Positions 45,828 through 59,599 of a stretch of DNA of 64,000 bases are shown piece after piece (positions within the stretch are counted from its first letter, which is position 1; every line of letters starts with the position of its first letter). The notes under the pieces are model-generated. The model was not told the origin of the DNA. It was given only the letters and a program-made list of their open reading frames with translations, and ran no database searches. This DNA comes from the human T2T-CHM13v2.0 reference genome, Homo sapiens: assembly GCF_009914755.1 (NCBI RefSeq), contig NC_060925.1. One strand, written 5' to 3'. Made by a program: the position numbers and the translations under genes.

Positions 45828-48800
45828 GTTCACCAGTTTTTAACATTTTGTCACATTTCCTTTTTTCTTTTTATTTTTTTCCAATGCATGTGTGATTTTT
45901 TTTCTTTTATAATTTCAGTTTTTATTTTAGATTCATGGGGTACATGTGTAGTAGATTTGTTACCTGGGTATATTGTGTTATGCTGAGGTTTGGGGTATGA
46001 TTGATCCCATCACCTTGGTAGTGAGCATGTTACCTAGTAGTTAGTTTTTCAACCCTTCCCCCTTTCCCTCACTACTCCTGCTGGTGGTGCCCAGTATCAT
46101 TGCCATCTTTGTGTCCACAAATACCCATTGATTAGCTCCCACTTATAAGTGAGAACATGGCAGTATTTGGTTTTCTGTTCCTGTGTTAATTTGCTTAGGA
46201 TAATGGCCTCTAGCTGCATCCATGTTGCTGCGAAGGACATGATTTCATTCTTTTTTTATGGCTGCGTAATATTCCATGGTGTACGTGGACCACATTTTCT
46301 TTATCCAGTCCACCATTGTTGGGTACCTAGGTTGATTTTATATGTCTTTGCTATTGTGAATAGTGCTGTGATGAACATATGAGTGCGTGTGTCTTTTGGT
46401 AAGAACAATTTATTTTCTTTTGAAAGTTTACCCAGTAATGGGTTGCTGTGTCAAATGGTAGTTCTATTTTAAGTTATATGAGAGATTTCCAAACTGCTTT
46501 CCATAGTGGCTGTACTATTTACATCCCCACCAACAGTGTGTAAGCCTTCCCTTTTCTCCATAGCCTCCAACATCTCTTATTTCTTGACTTTTTAATAATA
46601 CCCATTCTCACTGGTGTGAGATGATATCTGATTGTGGTTTTGATTTGCATTTCCCTAATGATTAGCGATGTTGAACATTTTTATATGTTTCTTGGCCACT
46701 TGTATGTCTTCTTTTGGGAAGTGTCTGTTTGTATCTTTTGTCCTTTGTTTTTGCTTGTTCAATTGTTTACATTCCTTATAAATTTTGGGTATTAGACCTT
46801 TGTCAGATGCATAGTTGGTCAGTATTTTCTCCCATTCTATAGGTTGTCTGTTGACCCTGTTGATTGTTTTCTTGTGGAAGAGCTCTTTAATTAGGTCCCA
46901 CTTGTCAATTTTTGTTTTTGTTACATTTGCTTTTGAGGACTTAGTCATAAGTTATTTCCCAAGGCACATGTCCAGAATGGTGTTTCCTAGGTTTTTTTCT
47001 AGGGTTCTTATAATTTTAGGTTTTACATTTAAATCTTTAATCCATCTTGTTAATTTTTGTATATGGTAAAAGGTAGGGGTATAATTTCATTGTTCTGCAT
47101 ATGGCTAGCCAGCTATCCCAGCACTATTTATTTAATAGGAAGACTTTTCCCATTGCTCATTTTTGTTAACTTTATACAAGATCAGATGGCTGTAGCTGTT
47201 GGCTTTATTTCTGGGTTCTCCATTCTGTTCCATTGGTCTGTATGTCTGTTTTGTACTAGAACCGTGCTGTTTTGGTTACTTACTGTAGCCTTATGGTATA
47301 GTTTGAACTCAGGTAGTGTGATGCATCACACTTTGTTCTTTTTGCTTAGGATTGCCTTGGCTACTCAGGTTCTTTTTTGGTTCCATATGAATTTTAGAGT
47401 AGTTTTTTTCTGGTTCTGTGAAAAATGTTTGTAGCTTTATAGGAATAGTATTGAATCTGCAGATTGCTTTGAGCAGTATGGCCATTTTAATTTGGCCATA
47501 TAGTTTACTTACCACAGGCTATTTGGCCTATAGTTTACTTGTTTTGTTGTGTTTTTGCCAGGTTTTGGTATCAAGGTGATGCTGGCTTCATAGAATGAGT
47601 TTAGGGAGGAGTCCCTCCTCCTTAATTTTTTTGATTCTTTCAAACCAGCAGCATGGAATGCTTACCCATTTGTTTGCATCATATGTGATTTCTTTCAGCA
47701 GTGTTTTGTAGTTTTTGTAGAGATCTTTCACCTCCTTGGTATTTGTTTGTTTGTTTCTATGTATTCCTAGGTATTTTGTTGTTGTTGATTCTATTGTAAA
47801 TGGAATTGTGTTCTTGATTTGGCTCTCAGCTTGAACGTTATTGTTGTATGGAAATGCTACTGATTTTTGTACATTGACTTTGTATCTTGAAACTTTACTG
47901 AGTCATTTATTGGTTGTAGGAGCCCGTTTGCGGTCTTTAGGGTTTTCTAGGTATAGAATCACATAGTCAGTGAAGAGAGCTAGTTGGACTTATTTTTTTC
48001 CTATTTGGATGCCTTTTATTTCTTTCTCTTGTGCAATTGTTCTGACAAGGACTTCCAGTACTATGTTAAGTGAGAGTGGGCATCCTTGTCTTGTTCCAGC
48101 TCTCAAGGGGAATACTCTTAGCTTTTGCCTGTTCAGTATGATTGGCTGTGGGTTTGTCATAGATGGCTCTTATTATTTTGAGGTATGTTCCTTTGATGCC
48201 TAGTTTTTTTGAGGGTTTTTATCATAAGGGATGTTGGATTTTATCAAAAGCTTATTCTGTATCTATTGAGATGATCATAGGGTTTTTATTTTTAATTCTG
48301 TTTATGTGGTGAATCACATTTATTGATTTGTGTATGTTGAACCAACCTTGCATCACAAGAGTGAAGCTTGCTTAATCATGGTGAATTAACTTTTTGGTGT
48401 GCTGCTGGATTCGGCTTGCTAGTCGTGTGTTGAAGATTTTTACGTTTATGTTCATCAGGGATATTGGCCTGCAGTTTACTTGTTTTGTTGTGTTTTTGCC
48501 AGGTTTTGGTATCAAGGTGATGCTGGCTTCATAGAATGAGTTAGGGAGGAGTCCCCCCTCCTTGATTTTTTGGAGTAGGTTCAGGAAGACTGTTACCAGT
48601 TTTTCTTTGTATGTCTGGTAGAATTTGTGAATCCATCTGGTCTAGGGCCTTTTTTGGTTGGTAGGTATTTTATTACTTATTCAGTTTTGGAATTTGATAT
48701 TGGTGTGTTTAGGGTTTCAGTTTCTTTCTAATTCAATCTTGGGGGGTTGTGATTTTTCAGGAATTTATCCATTTTCTCTAGATTTTTTAGTTTGTGTGTG

Positions 48801-48977
48801 TACAGGTGTTCATAATAGTCTTTGAGGATGTTTTGTATTTCTGTGGAATTGGTTGTAATGTCACTTTTGTCAATTCTGATTGCTTATTTGGATCTCCTTT
48901 CTTCTTAGTTTATCTATCTGGTGGTCTGTTAATCTCATATAACCTTTCAAAGAACCAACTTTTGGTTTCATTGATTC

Positions 48978-50890
48978 TTTTAATTTTTAATTCTTGGGGG
49001 TATATAGTAGGTGTATGTATTTAGGTGGTACGAGATACTTTGATAGAGGCATACAGTGCGTAATAATCATCTCGTGGTAAATGGGTTATTCATCCCCTCA
49101 AGCATTTATCCTTTGTTACAAGCAATCCAATTATACTCTTTTAGTTATTTTAAAATGTACAATTAAATTATTATTGACTATAGTCACCCTGTAGTGCTAT
49201 CAAATACTAGGTCTTATTCTTTCTAACTGCTTTTTATACCCATTATCTGTCACTTCCTACCCCCCCTGCCCTCATCCCCTCCACTGCCCTTCTCAGCCTC
49301 TGGTAACCATCCTTCTCTCTGTCTCCATGAGTTCAATTGTTTTGATTTTTAGCTCTCACAAATAAGTGAGAACATACAATGTTTATCTTTCTGTGTCTGG
49401 CTTATTTCACTTAACATGACCTCCAGTTCCATCCATGTTGTTGTAAATGACAGGATCTCAGTCTTTTTATGGCTGAATAGTACTCCATGATGTATATGTA
49501 TAATATTTTCTTTATCCATACGTTCATCTGTTGATGGACACTTACAGTGATGTTGAGAACTTTTTCATATGCCTCTTTACCAGTTATATGTTTTCTTTGG
49601 AGAAATGTCTAGTCAGATCTTTTGCCCATTTAAAAAATCAGAGTATTAGATTTTTTTTTTCCTGTAGAGTTGTTTGAGCTCCTTATATGTTCTGGTTATT
49701 AATCCCTTCTCAGATGGGTAGGCTGCAAATATTTTCTTCCATTCTGTAAGTCGTCTCTTTGTTGATTGTTTCCTTTGTTGCGCAAAAGCTTTTTAACTTG
49801 ATGTGATCCTATTTGTCCATTTTTGCTTTGGTTGCCTGTGCTTGTGGGGTGTTATTCAATAGATTTTCTCCCAGACCAATGCTCTGGAGGGTTTTCCAAG
49901 TGTTTTCTTGTAGTAGTTTCATTGTTTCAGGTCTTCGATTTAAGTCTGTAATCCATTTTGGTTTGATTTTTGTATAAGGTGAGAGTTAGGGGTCTAGTTC
50001 CATTCTTCTATACATGGATATCTAGTTTTCCCAGCCCTGTTTATTGAAGAGACTGTCCTTTTCCCATTGCCAATGAATGTTCTTGGCACCTTTGTTGAAA
50101 ATGAGTTTACTGTAGGTGTGTGGATTTGTTTCTGGATTCTCTGTTCTGTTCAATTGGTCTATTTCTATGTTTTTATGCCAGTACATGCTGTTTTGGTTAC
50201 TGTAACTCTATAGTATAATTTGAAGTCAAGTAATAGGATTCCTCAGTTTTGTTCTTTTTTTTTTTTTTTTTGCCCAAGATTGCTTTAGCTATTCTGTGTC
50301 TTCTGTGGTTCCATATAAATTTTAGGATTGTTTTTTCTATTTCCATGAAGAATATTATTGGTATGTTGATAGGGATTGCATTGCCTTGAATCTGTAGATT
50401 AGTTAGTGCAGACAAGTTAAAAATATTGATTCTTTGAGTCCGTTAATATGCAATATCCATTTTTTTTTGCATCCTCCTCAATTTCTTTCATCAGTGTTTT
50501 ATAATTTCATTGTAGACATCTTTTACTTTTTTGGTTAAGTTACTTCCTATGTATTTAATTTTTTTTGTGGTTCTTGTAAATGGGATTACTTTTTAAAATT
50601 GCTTTTTCAGATTGTTCACTGTTAGCATACAGAAATGCTACTGATTTTTGTATGTTCATTTTATACCCTGCAACTTTACTGAATGTTTATCAGTCCTAAT
50701 AGTTTTTTGGTGGAGTCTTTAGGTTTTTCCAAAAATAAGATAATATTGTCTGTAAACAAGGATAGTTTTCCTTCTTCCTTTCCAATTTGAATGTCTTTTA
50801 TTTCTTTTGTCTGATTGCCCTAGCTAGGACTTTCCAGTACTGTGTTGAATAACAGTGGTGATAGTGGGCATCCTTGTCATGTTCCAGATC
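48978..50890 (-). mobile_element. 5'-truncated L1MA-like element within the L1 cluster
   Basis: Distinct 3' end (GGGTATATAGTAGGTGTATG...GCATACAGTGCGTAATAATCA) followed by ORF2 3' region. Confidence 0.7.
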
Positions 50891-51654
50891 ATATTGTATG
50901 GTTGATGGGTGGAGTATTCTGTAGGTGACTATTAGGTCCAGTTGGTCTGTGTCAAATTTAAGTCCAGAATTTGTTAGGTTTTTGCCTCAATGATCTAACG
51001 TTGTCATGGGGATGTTGAAGTTTCCCACTACTACTTGTGTGGCTGAGTTTTTCCTTAGGTTTAAAGGTACTTGTTTTATAAATCTGGGTGCTCTAATTTT
51101 GAGTGTGTATATATTTAGGATAGTTAAGTCTTGTTGAATTGAATATTTTATCACTCTGTAATGCCCTTGTCTTTTTTTACTGTTGTTGGTTTAAAGTCTG
51201 TTTTCTGTGATATAAGAATAGCAACCCCTGCTCTTTTTTGTGTTCCCTTTGCATGATCTTTCTCCAGCTCTTTACTTTGAGCCTATGGGTGTCATTAGAT
51301 GTGAGATGGGTCTCTTGAAGACAGCAGACGGATGGGTCTTGTTTTTCTTATCCAGTGTGCCACTCTATGTCTTGAGAACTCTGCTGTTAGACTGATGTGG
51401 TTCCCTTTATACATGATCTGACCTTTTTCTCTATTTGTCTTTAAGATTATTTCCTTAGCATTGACCTTCAACAGTCTGGTGATGATATGCCTTGGTGATG
51501 TTCATTTTGCATAGTGTCTCACAGGTGCTCTGGATTTCTTATACCTGGATATCTATCTCTTTAGCAAGATTAGGGAAATTTTCTTGAATTATTTTCTCAA
51601 ATATATTTTCCAGGTGGTTTTCTTCTTCTCGGTCTCTTTCAGGAGTGCCAATAA

Positions 51655-52003
<349 letters not shown>

Positions 52004-52019
52004 GACTTTGTTCATTTTA

Positions 52020-52168
<149 letters not shown>

Positions 52169-52231
52169 AATTCTTTTTGCTTTATTTTTGCGTGACTGGG
52201 TTTGTTTGAGAGTCTCGTCTCTAAGCTCTGA

Positions 52232-52552
<321 letters not shown>

Positions 52553-55500
52553 TAAATTTAAGTTCTTTAGTTCCAGAAGCTCTGATTGATTTTTAAATTT
52601 TATTTTATTTTAGGGTCCGGGGTATTTGTTATGTAGGTCAATTGTGTTTTGAGGGGTTTGATGTATAGATTTGTTTCATTGCCCAGGTAATAAGCATAGT
52701 ACCCAGTAGGTAGTTTCTCAATCCTCACTCTTCTTCCACCCTCCACCCTCAAGTAGGCCCTGGTGTCAGTTGTTCCCCTCTTTGTGCCCACTGTACTCAG
52801 TGTTTAACTCCTATTTATTAGTGAAGAACATGCAATATTTTGTTTTCTGTTCCTGTGTTCGCTTAGGATAATGGCCTCCAGCTCCATCCATGTTGCTGTA
52901 AAGGACATGATGTCACTCTTTTTTATGGCTGTGTAGTATTCCATGATGTATATATGCCATATTTTCTTTATTCAGTCTACCGTTAATGGGTATTTAGGTT
53001 GATTCCATGTCTTTGCAATTGTGAGTAGTGCTGCAGTGAACATACATGTGCATATGTCTTTGTGTTGGAACAATTTATATTCTTTTGGGTATATACTAAA
53101 TAGTGGGATTGTGGGTTGAATGGCAGTTCTGCTTTGGGATCTCTGAGAAATTGCCAAGCTGCTTTCCACAGTGGCTGAACGAATTTACATTCCCACCAGC
53201 AGCGCATAAACATTTCCAGTTCTCTGCAGCCTTGCCAGCATCTGTTATTTCTTGACTTTTTAATAATAGCCGTTCTGACTGGTATGAGATGGTATCTCAT
53301 TATGGTTTTGATTTGCACTTCTCTAATGATAGTAATGTTGAGCATTTTTTCATATGCTTATTGCCCATATTTAGGTCTTTTGAGAAGTATCTGTTCATGT
53401 CCTTTGCCCACTTTTTAGTGGGGTTGTTTTTTGCTTGTAAATTTGTTTAAGTTCCTTATAGATCCTGGATATTAGATATTTTTCAGTTGCATAGTTTGAA
53501 AATATTTTCTTCCATTCTCTAGGGTATCTGATTACTCTGATAGTTTCTTTTGCTGTGCAGAAGCTCCTTAGTTTAATTGGGTCTCATTTGTCAGTTTTTG
53601 TTGCAGTTGCTTTTGGAGTCTTTGTTATGATATCTTTGCCAGGGCCTATGTCCAGAATGGTATTTCCTAGGTTATCATTCCAGGGTTTTTATAGTTTTAA
53701 GTTTTACCTTTAAGTCTTTACTCCATCTTGAGTTGATTTTTGTATTTGTATATGGTACAAGGAAGGGGTCCAGTTTTAGTCTTCTGCATATGGTTATCCA
53801 CTTATCCCAGCACCATTTATTGAATAGGGAGTCTTTTCCCCATTGCTTGTTTTTGTCAGCTTTGTGAAAGATCAGATTGTAGGTGTATGGCCTTATTTTT
53901 GTGCTCTCTATTCTGTTCCGTTGGTTTGTGTGCCTGTTTTTGTAGCAGTGTCATGCTGTTTTGGTTACTGTAGCCTTGTGGTATAGTTTGAAGTTGGGTA
54001 ATGTGGTGCTTCCTGCTTTGTTATTTTTGCTTAGGCTTGCATTCACTATTTGGGCTCTTTTGAGGTTCCACATGAATTTTAAAACAGTTTTTTCTAATCC
54101 TGTGAAGAATGTCATTGGTAGTTTGATAGGAATACCATTGAATCTTTAGATTGCTTTGGGCAGCATGGCCATTGGCCAAACAATATTGAGTCTTCCTAGC
54201 CATGAACATGGAATGCTTTTCCATTTGTTTGTGTCCTCTCTGTTTCTTTGAGCAGTGTTTTATAATCTTCATTGTAAAGATAGTAAACCTCTCTAGTTAG
54301 CTATATTCCTAGGTTTTTAATTCTTTTTGCGGCTATGGTGAATGGGATTACATTTTTGCTTTGGCTCTCAGTTTGGATGTTGGTGTATAGGAGTGCTACT
54401 GATTTTTGTACCTTTGTACTTTCTTCTCATTAGTTTCAAAGAATTTCTTGATTTCTGCCTTAATTTCATTATTTACCCAGAAATCATTCCAGAACAGGTT
54501 GCTTAATTTTCATGTAATTATACAGTTTTGACTGAGTTTCTTTAGTATTGATTTCTATTTTTACTACACTGTGGTATGAGAGTGTGCTTTGTATGATTTT
54601 GTTTTTTTTTTTAATTTAATGAGGATTGTTTTATGTCCGATTGTGGGTTGATTTTAAAGTATGTGCCTTGTTCAGATGAGAAGAATGTATATTCTCTTGT
54701 CTGTGTGGAGTGTTCTGTAAATGTCTGTTAGGTCTATTTGATCAAGTGTTGAGTTCAGGTCCTGAATGATCTGCCTGTTGTCAGTGAGGTGTTGAAATCT
54801 CCCACTATTATTGTGTGTTTGTCTGTGTCTCTTCATAGGTCTCTAAGAACTTGCTTTATGGATCTGGCTGCTCCTGTTTTGGGTGTGTGTATATATTTAG
54901 AATAGTTAGGTCTTGTTGAACTGAGCCCTTTACCATTATGTAATGCCCTTTATTTATTTATTTATTTTAATCTTTGTTTAAAGTCTGTTTTGTCTGAAAT
55001 TAGAGTAGCAACCTCTGCTTTTTTCTATTTTCCATTTGCTTGGTAGATTTTTCTCCATCCTTTTACTTGGAGCTTGTGGGTGCCATTGCATTTGAGATGG
55101 GTCTCTTGAAGACAGCATACAATTGGGTCTTGCTTCTATATCCAGTTTGCCACTCTGTGCCTTTTAATTGGAGCATTTAGTCCATTTACATTCAAGGTAA
55201 GTATTGCGATGTGTGGATTATTTCCTTTTGTCATGTTGCTAGCTGGTTATCATGCAGACTTGTGTGGTGCCTTTATAGGGTTACTAGCCTGTGTACTTAA
55301 GTGTATTTTTATAGTGGCCAGTAACTGTTTTTCCTTTCCATGTTTAGCACTCCCTTCAGGACTTTTTGTAAGGCAGATCTGGTGTAATGAAATCCCTTAG
55401 CATTTGCTTTTCTGAAACAGATATTATTTCTTCTTCGCTTATGAAGCTTAGTTTGGCTAGATATGAAGTTCTTGGTTGGAAAGTTTTTTCTTTAAGAATG

Positions 55501-55886
55501 CTGAATATAGGCTGATATGGTTTGGCTCTGTGTCCCCACCCAAATTTCATGTTGAATTGTAATCCCCAGTGTTGGGGGTGGGGCCTAGTGGGAGGTGATT
55601 GGATCATGGGGGTGGTTTCTAATGGTTTAGCACCATCCTGCTAGTGCTGTCTCATGATAGAGTTCTCATGAGATCTGGTTGTTGGACAGTGTGTAAAACA
55701 ACCAGATCCCCACTTTGTGCTCTCTCTCTCCTGCTGGCCATGTGAAGATATGCTTGCTTCCCCTTTGCCTTCTGCCATGATTGTAAGTGTCCTGAGGCCT
55801 CCCCAGAAGCAGAAGCTTGTGCAGCCTGTACAACCAGAGCCGATTAAACCACTTTTCTTTATAAATTACCCAGTCTCAGGTATGTC

Positions 55887-57255
55887 TTTTTTTTTTTTTT
55901 ATACAGAGTCTTGCTCTGTCGCCCAGGCTGGAGTTCAGTGGTGCAGTATCGGGGGAATTTCAGCCCCCAATATTTCACGTGGGTCCTTTTCTATTTTCCC
56001 TAAATGTCGGCCAGTCTGAGAAATAAAGGGAAAGAGTACAGAAGAGAGAAATTTTAAAGCTGGGTGTCCAGGGGAGACTTCACATGTCGGCAGGTTCCGT
56101 GATGCCCCCAAAGCCGCAAAACCAGCAAGTTTTTATTAGTGATTTTCAAAAGGGGAGGGAGTGTACGAATAAGGTGTGGGTCACAGAGATCACATGCTTC
56201 ACAAGGTAATAAAATATCACAAGGCAAATGGAGGCAGGGTGAGATCACAGGAACGGAGCGAAATTAAAATTGTTAATGAAGTTTCGGGCACGCATTGTCA
56301 TTGATAACATTTTATCAGGAGACAGGGTTTGAGAGCAGATAACCGGTCTGACCAAAATTTATTAGGCGGGAATTTCCTTTTCCTAATAAGCCTGAGAGCG
56401 CTATGGGAGACAGGGGCTTATTTCGTCCCTTATCTACAACCATAAAAGACAGACATTCCCAAAGCGGCCATTTCAGAGATCTCCCTTTGGTAATGCATTC
56501 TCTTTCTCAGGGATGTTGCTTGCTGAGAAAAAGAATTCAGCGATACTTCTCCTATTTGCTTTTGAAAGAAGAGAAATAGGCTCTGTTCTGCCCGGCCCAC
56601 AGGCAGCCAGACTTTAAGGTTATCTCCCTTGTTCCCTGAACATCGCTGTTATCCTGTTCTTTTTTCAAGGTGCCCAGATTTCTTATTGTTTAAACAATTT
56701 GTGCAGTTAACGCAGTCATCACAGGGTCCTGAGGCAACATTCATCCTCAGCTTACAAAGATGACGGGATTAAGAGATTAAAGTAAAGACAGGCATAGGAA
56801 GTCACAAGAGTATTGATTGGGGAAGTGATAAGTGTCCATGAAATCTTCACAGTTTATGTTCAGAGTTTGCAGTAAAGACAGGTGTAAGAATGATAAAAGT
56901 ATTAATTTGGGGAACTAATAAATGTCCATGAAATCTTCACAATTTATGTTCTTCGGCCATGGCTTCAGCCGGTTCTTCCATTTGGGGTCCCTGACTTCCT
57001 GCAACAGTGCAGTCTCAGCTCATTGCACAACCACCTCCTGGGCTCAAGTGATTCTCCTACCTCAGCCTCGCGAGTAGCTGGGATTACAGGTGCCTGCTAC
57101 CACACCCGGCTAATTTTTTTTTTTTTTGCATTTTTAGTAGAGATGGGGTTTTGCTGTGTTGGCCAGGCTGGTCTTGAACTCCTTACATCAAGTGATCTGC
57201 CCACCTCAGCCTCTCAAAGTGCTGGGATTACAGGTGTGAGCCACCGCACCTAGTC
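55887..57255 (-). mobile_element. Alu inside the MST LTR, split by MER11
   Basis: Alu halves at 55887-55946 and 57007-57255 rejoin colinearly. Confidence 0.9.
55947..57006 (-). mobile_element. MER11 (HERV-K11/HML-8) solo LTR
   Basis: Reverse strand begins TGTTGCAGGAAGTCAGGGACCCC...GAAGAACATAAATTGTGAAGATTTCATGGAC; ~1.06 kb; perfect 6-bp TSD GTGCAG (55941-55946, 57007-57012). Confidence 0.92.
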
Positions 57256-58680
57256 AGTGTGTCTTTATAGCAGTGTGAGAACTAACCAATACATAGGCCC
57301 ACAATCTCTTCTGGCTTGTAGGTTTTTGGCTCAAAGTACAGCCATTAGCCTGATGGGGTTCCCTTTTTAGATGACCTACCTGCTCTCTCTGGCTGCCTTT
57401 AACATTTTTTCTTTCATTTTGACCTTGGAGAATCGGATGACTGTGTGTCTTGGGGTTGGTCTTCTTGTGTAGTATTTTTCAGGGGTTCTCTGCATTTCCT
57501 GAATTTGAATGTTGGCCTCTTTAGTGAGGTTGAGGAAATGTTCATGGATAATATCTTGAAATGTTTTCCAAGTTGCCTGCTTTTTCTCCCTTTCAGGGAT
57601 GCCAATGAGTCGTAGAGTTGGTCTCTTTACATAATCACATATTTATTGTTTTTTTGTTTTTGTCTGAGTTATTTTGGAGAGCAGGTCTTTGAGCTCTGAA
57701 ATTCTTTTCTCATCTTGGTTGATTTTGCTGTTAAGATTTGTGATTGTTTTCTGAAATTCTTGAAGTGAGTTTTTCAGTTCCTTCAGCTTAGTTTGGTTCT
57801 TTCTTAAAATGACCATTTCATCTTTTATCTCCTGTATTGTTTTATTCTATTTCTTAGAATTTTTTGATTGGGCTTTGACTATTTCCTGAATGTCAGTTAT
57901 CTTCATTCCTATACATATTCTGAATTCTATTTCTGTCATTTCAGCCAGGTTATGAATAATTGCTGGGGAACCAATGTAGTTGGAGTTAAGACAGGACAGT
58001 CTGGCCTTTTGAGTTTTTTGTACTGGTTCTTTCTCATCCATGTGGGCTGATATTTCTTCAGTCTCTGAAGTTGCTGTCCTTTGGCTTTTTTTTTTTTTTT
58101 TTTTTTTTGGCTTTTATCTTCTTGGATGCCCTTGGAGGTTTGATTATGGTATAAGGTGGGTTCAGTCGACTGGCTTTGAGTCTAGTCTGCTCTTGGGTTG
58201 TGAAGGAGCCCCCTCTGTTTACTGTCTCTATGCCTGCATTTCTTTTATTGGATGTTCTGATCCATGGGGCTCCCTCATGCAAAGGCCGTATCCTTGCCAG
58301 GTAAGCCCTATTCTGCTGTTCATGTGCTCCCCAGGAATCACAGGGTTGTGCCTGCCTACGGAATTCAGGCAGAAGCGGGACTGCTGGGCTGGAAGCTGTT
58401 GCAGATATGGCCTGTCTGGCTACAAGAGGCCAGGCCAGGAGTGGGTGGAGTTGACCACCCTGTCATCTGAGTGTTTCCAGGAAGACGGGAGGCTGTGCTT
58501 CTCAACAGATTCAGGCTGAAGTAGGATCACTGGACTAGAAGCTGTAGCAGGTGCAGCTTGCCTGGCTACCAGTAGCAGAGGTGGGTGGGGATGCCCGCCC
58601 TGCCATCTAGGTGCTTTCTAGGATAACGGGAGGCCATGCCATCCAGCTGAGTTCCCACAGAGCACAACTATAGGCCAGAA

Positions 58681-58769
58681 GCTGTCTCGAACTCCTGGGC
58701 TCATAGCGATTCCCCCACCTCAGTCTCCTAAAGTGCTGGGATTATAGATGTGAGCTACTGTATCTGGCC
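58681..58769 (-). mobile_element. 5' ~90 nt of an AluJ/FLAM, fused to the L1 5'UTR
   Basis: Reversed GGCCAG...AATCCCAGCACTTT...GCCCAGGAGTTCGAGAC with no tail. Confidence 0.85.
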
Positions 58770-59599
58770 TGATTTCTTTTTAAGATGTTTATCTCTTCCT
58801 TTGTTTCCTAGATTGCCTTAGAAGTTTCTTTGTGTTGATATTCGACCTTGTCTTGGATCTTGTTGAGCTTCCTTTTTGTCGGTGCTTTGAATTCTTTTTC
58901 TGTCATTTCTGAGTTTCCATTTTGGTTAGGGACCATTGCTGGAGAGCTTGTGTGATCCTTTGGTGGTGTCACTGTATTCAGATTTTTCATGGTGCAGAAT
59001 CCTTGTGTTGGTTCCTTCTCATCTGGAGACATTGGCACTTCAATTTTTGTAATTATTTTTGTGCAGGTAGAATTTTTTCCTTCTTTTTCTGTGATATTAT
59101 TTTTTCCTCCTTCCCTTTCCCCACTCCCTAGGGGGTGTGACTATAGAGAATGCTGGGTAGGGTCTTTTGACTTTGCTTCTGTAACCATAAGCACTTCTGT
59201 TGGCAGGTTTTTAATTGGGATATGCAGTTCTACCTATCAGCCAGTAGATGGCGCTTACGGGTAAGAGCTAGCTGTGGCCAAAGTGGCTGGGTGTACACTT
59301 GATCCTTGTTTACTGGGAGATGCTCTCTGTTGCCTCAGGCAGTGGGCTGATTTGTGGAGTAAACAGTGGTCTGTGCTCCCTCCTCAGTCCTGGGGAGGTG
59401 CTGGGAGGGGTGGAAGGTGGGCAGGGCTGGACCAAGCAGGTCCACCTACGGGTCCCTCAGTGGCAGGCACAAGAACCAAGGCCAAAGGAGAATCCAGTGG
59501 GTGGCCACCAGACGCCCAGAAGTGTGTCCAGGTGTGGAACTGAGAAACCTCCTTGACCCCAAGTTCTCTACACATAGATAGGAGTGGCCTAAACTCATA

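Larger units (their letters stand above)
55513..57293. mobile_element. MSTA-like (ERVL-MaLR) solo LTR, interrupted by an Alu and MER11
   Basis: TGATATGGTTTGGCTCTGTGTCCCCACCC start, AATACA end; 5-bp TSD TAGGC at 55508-55512 and 57294-57298. Confidence 0.9.
52597..58680 (-). mobile_element. L1PA13-like element with internal deletions, nested in the older L1
   Basis: 3' end CCACCCTCCACCCTCAAGTAGGCCC; ORF2 remnants (52983-53345), ORF1 remnants, 5'UTR with ~140-bp repeats at 58360-58680. Confidence 0.75.
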
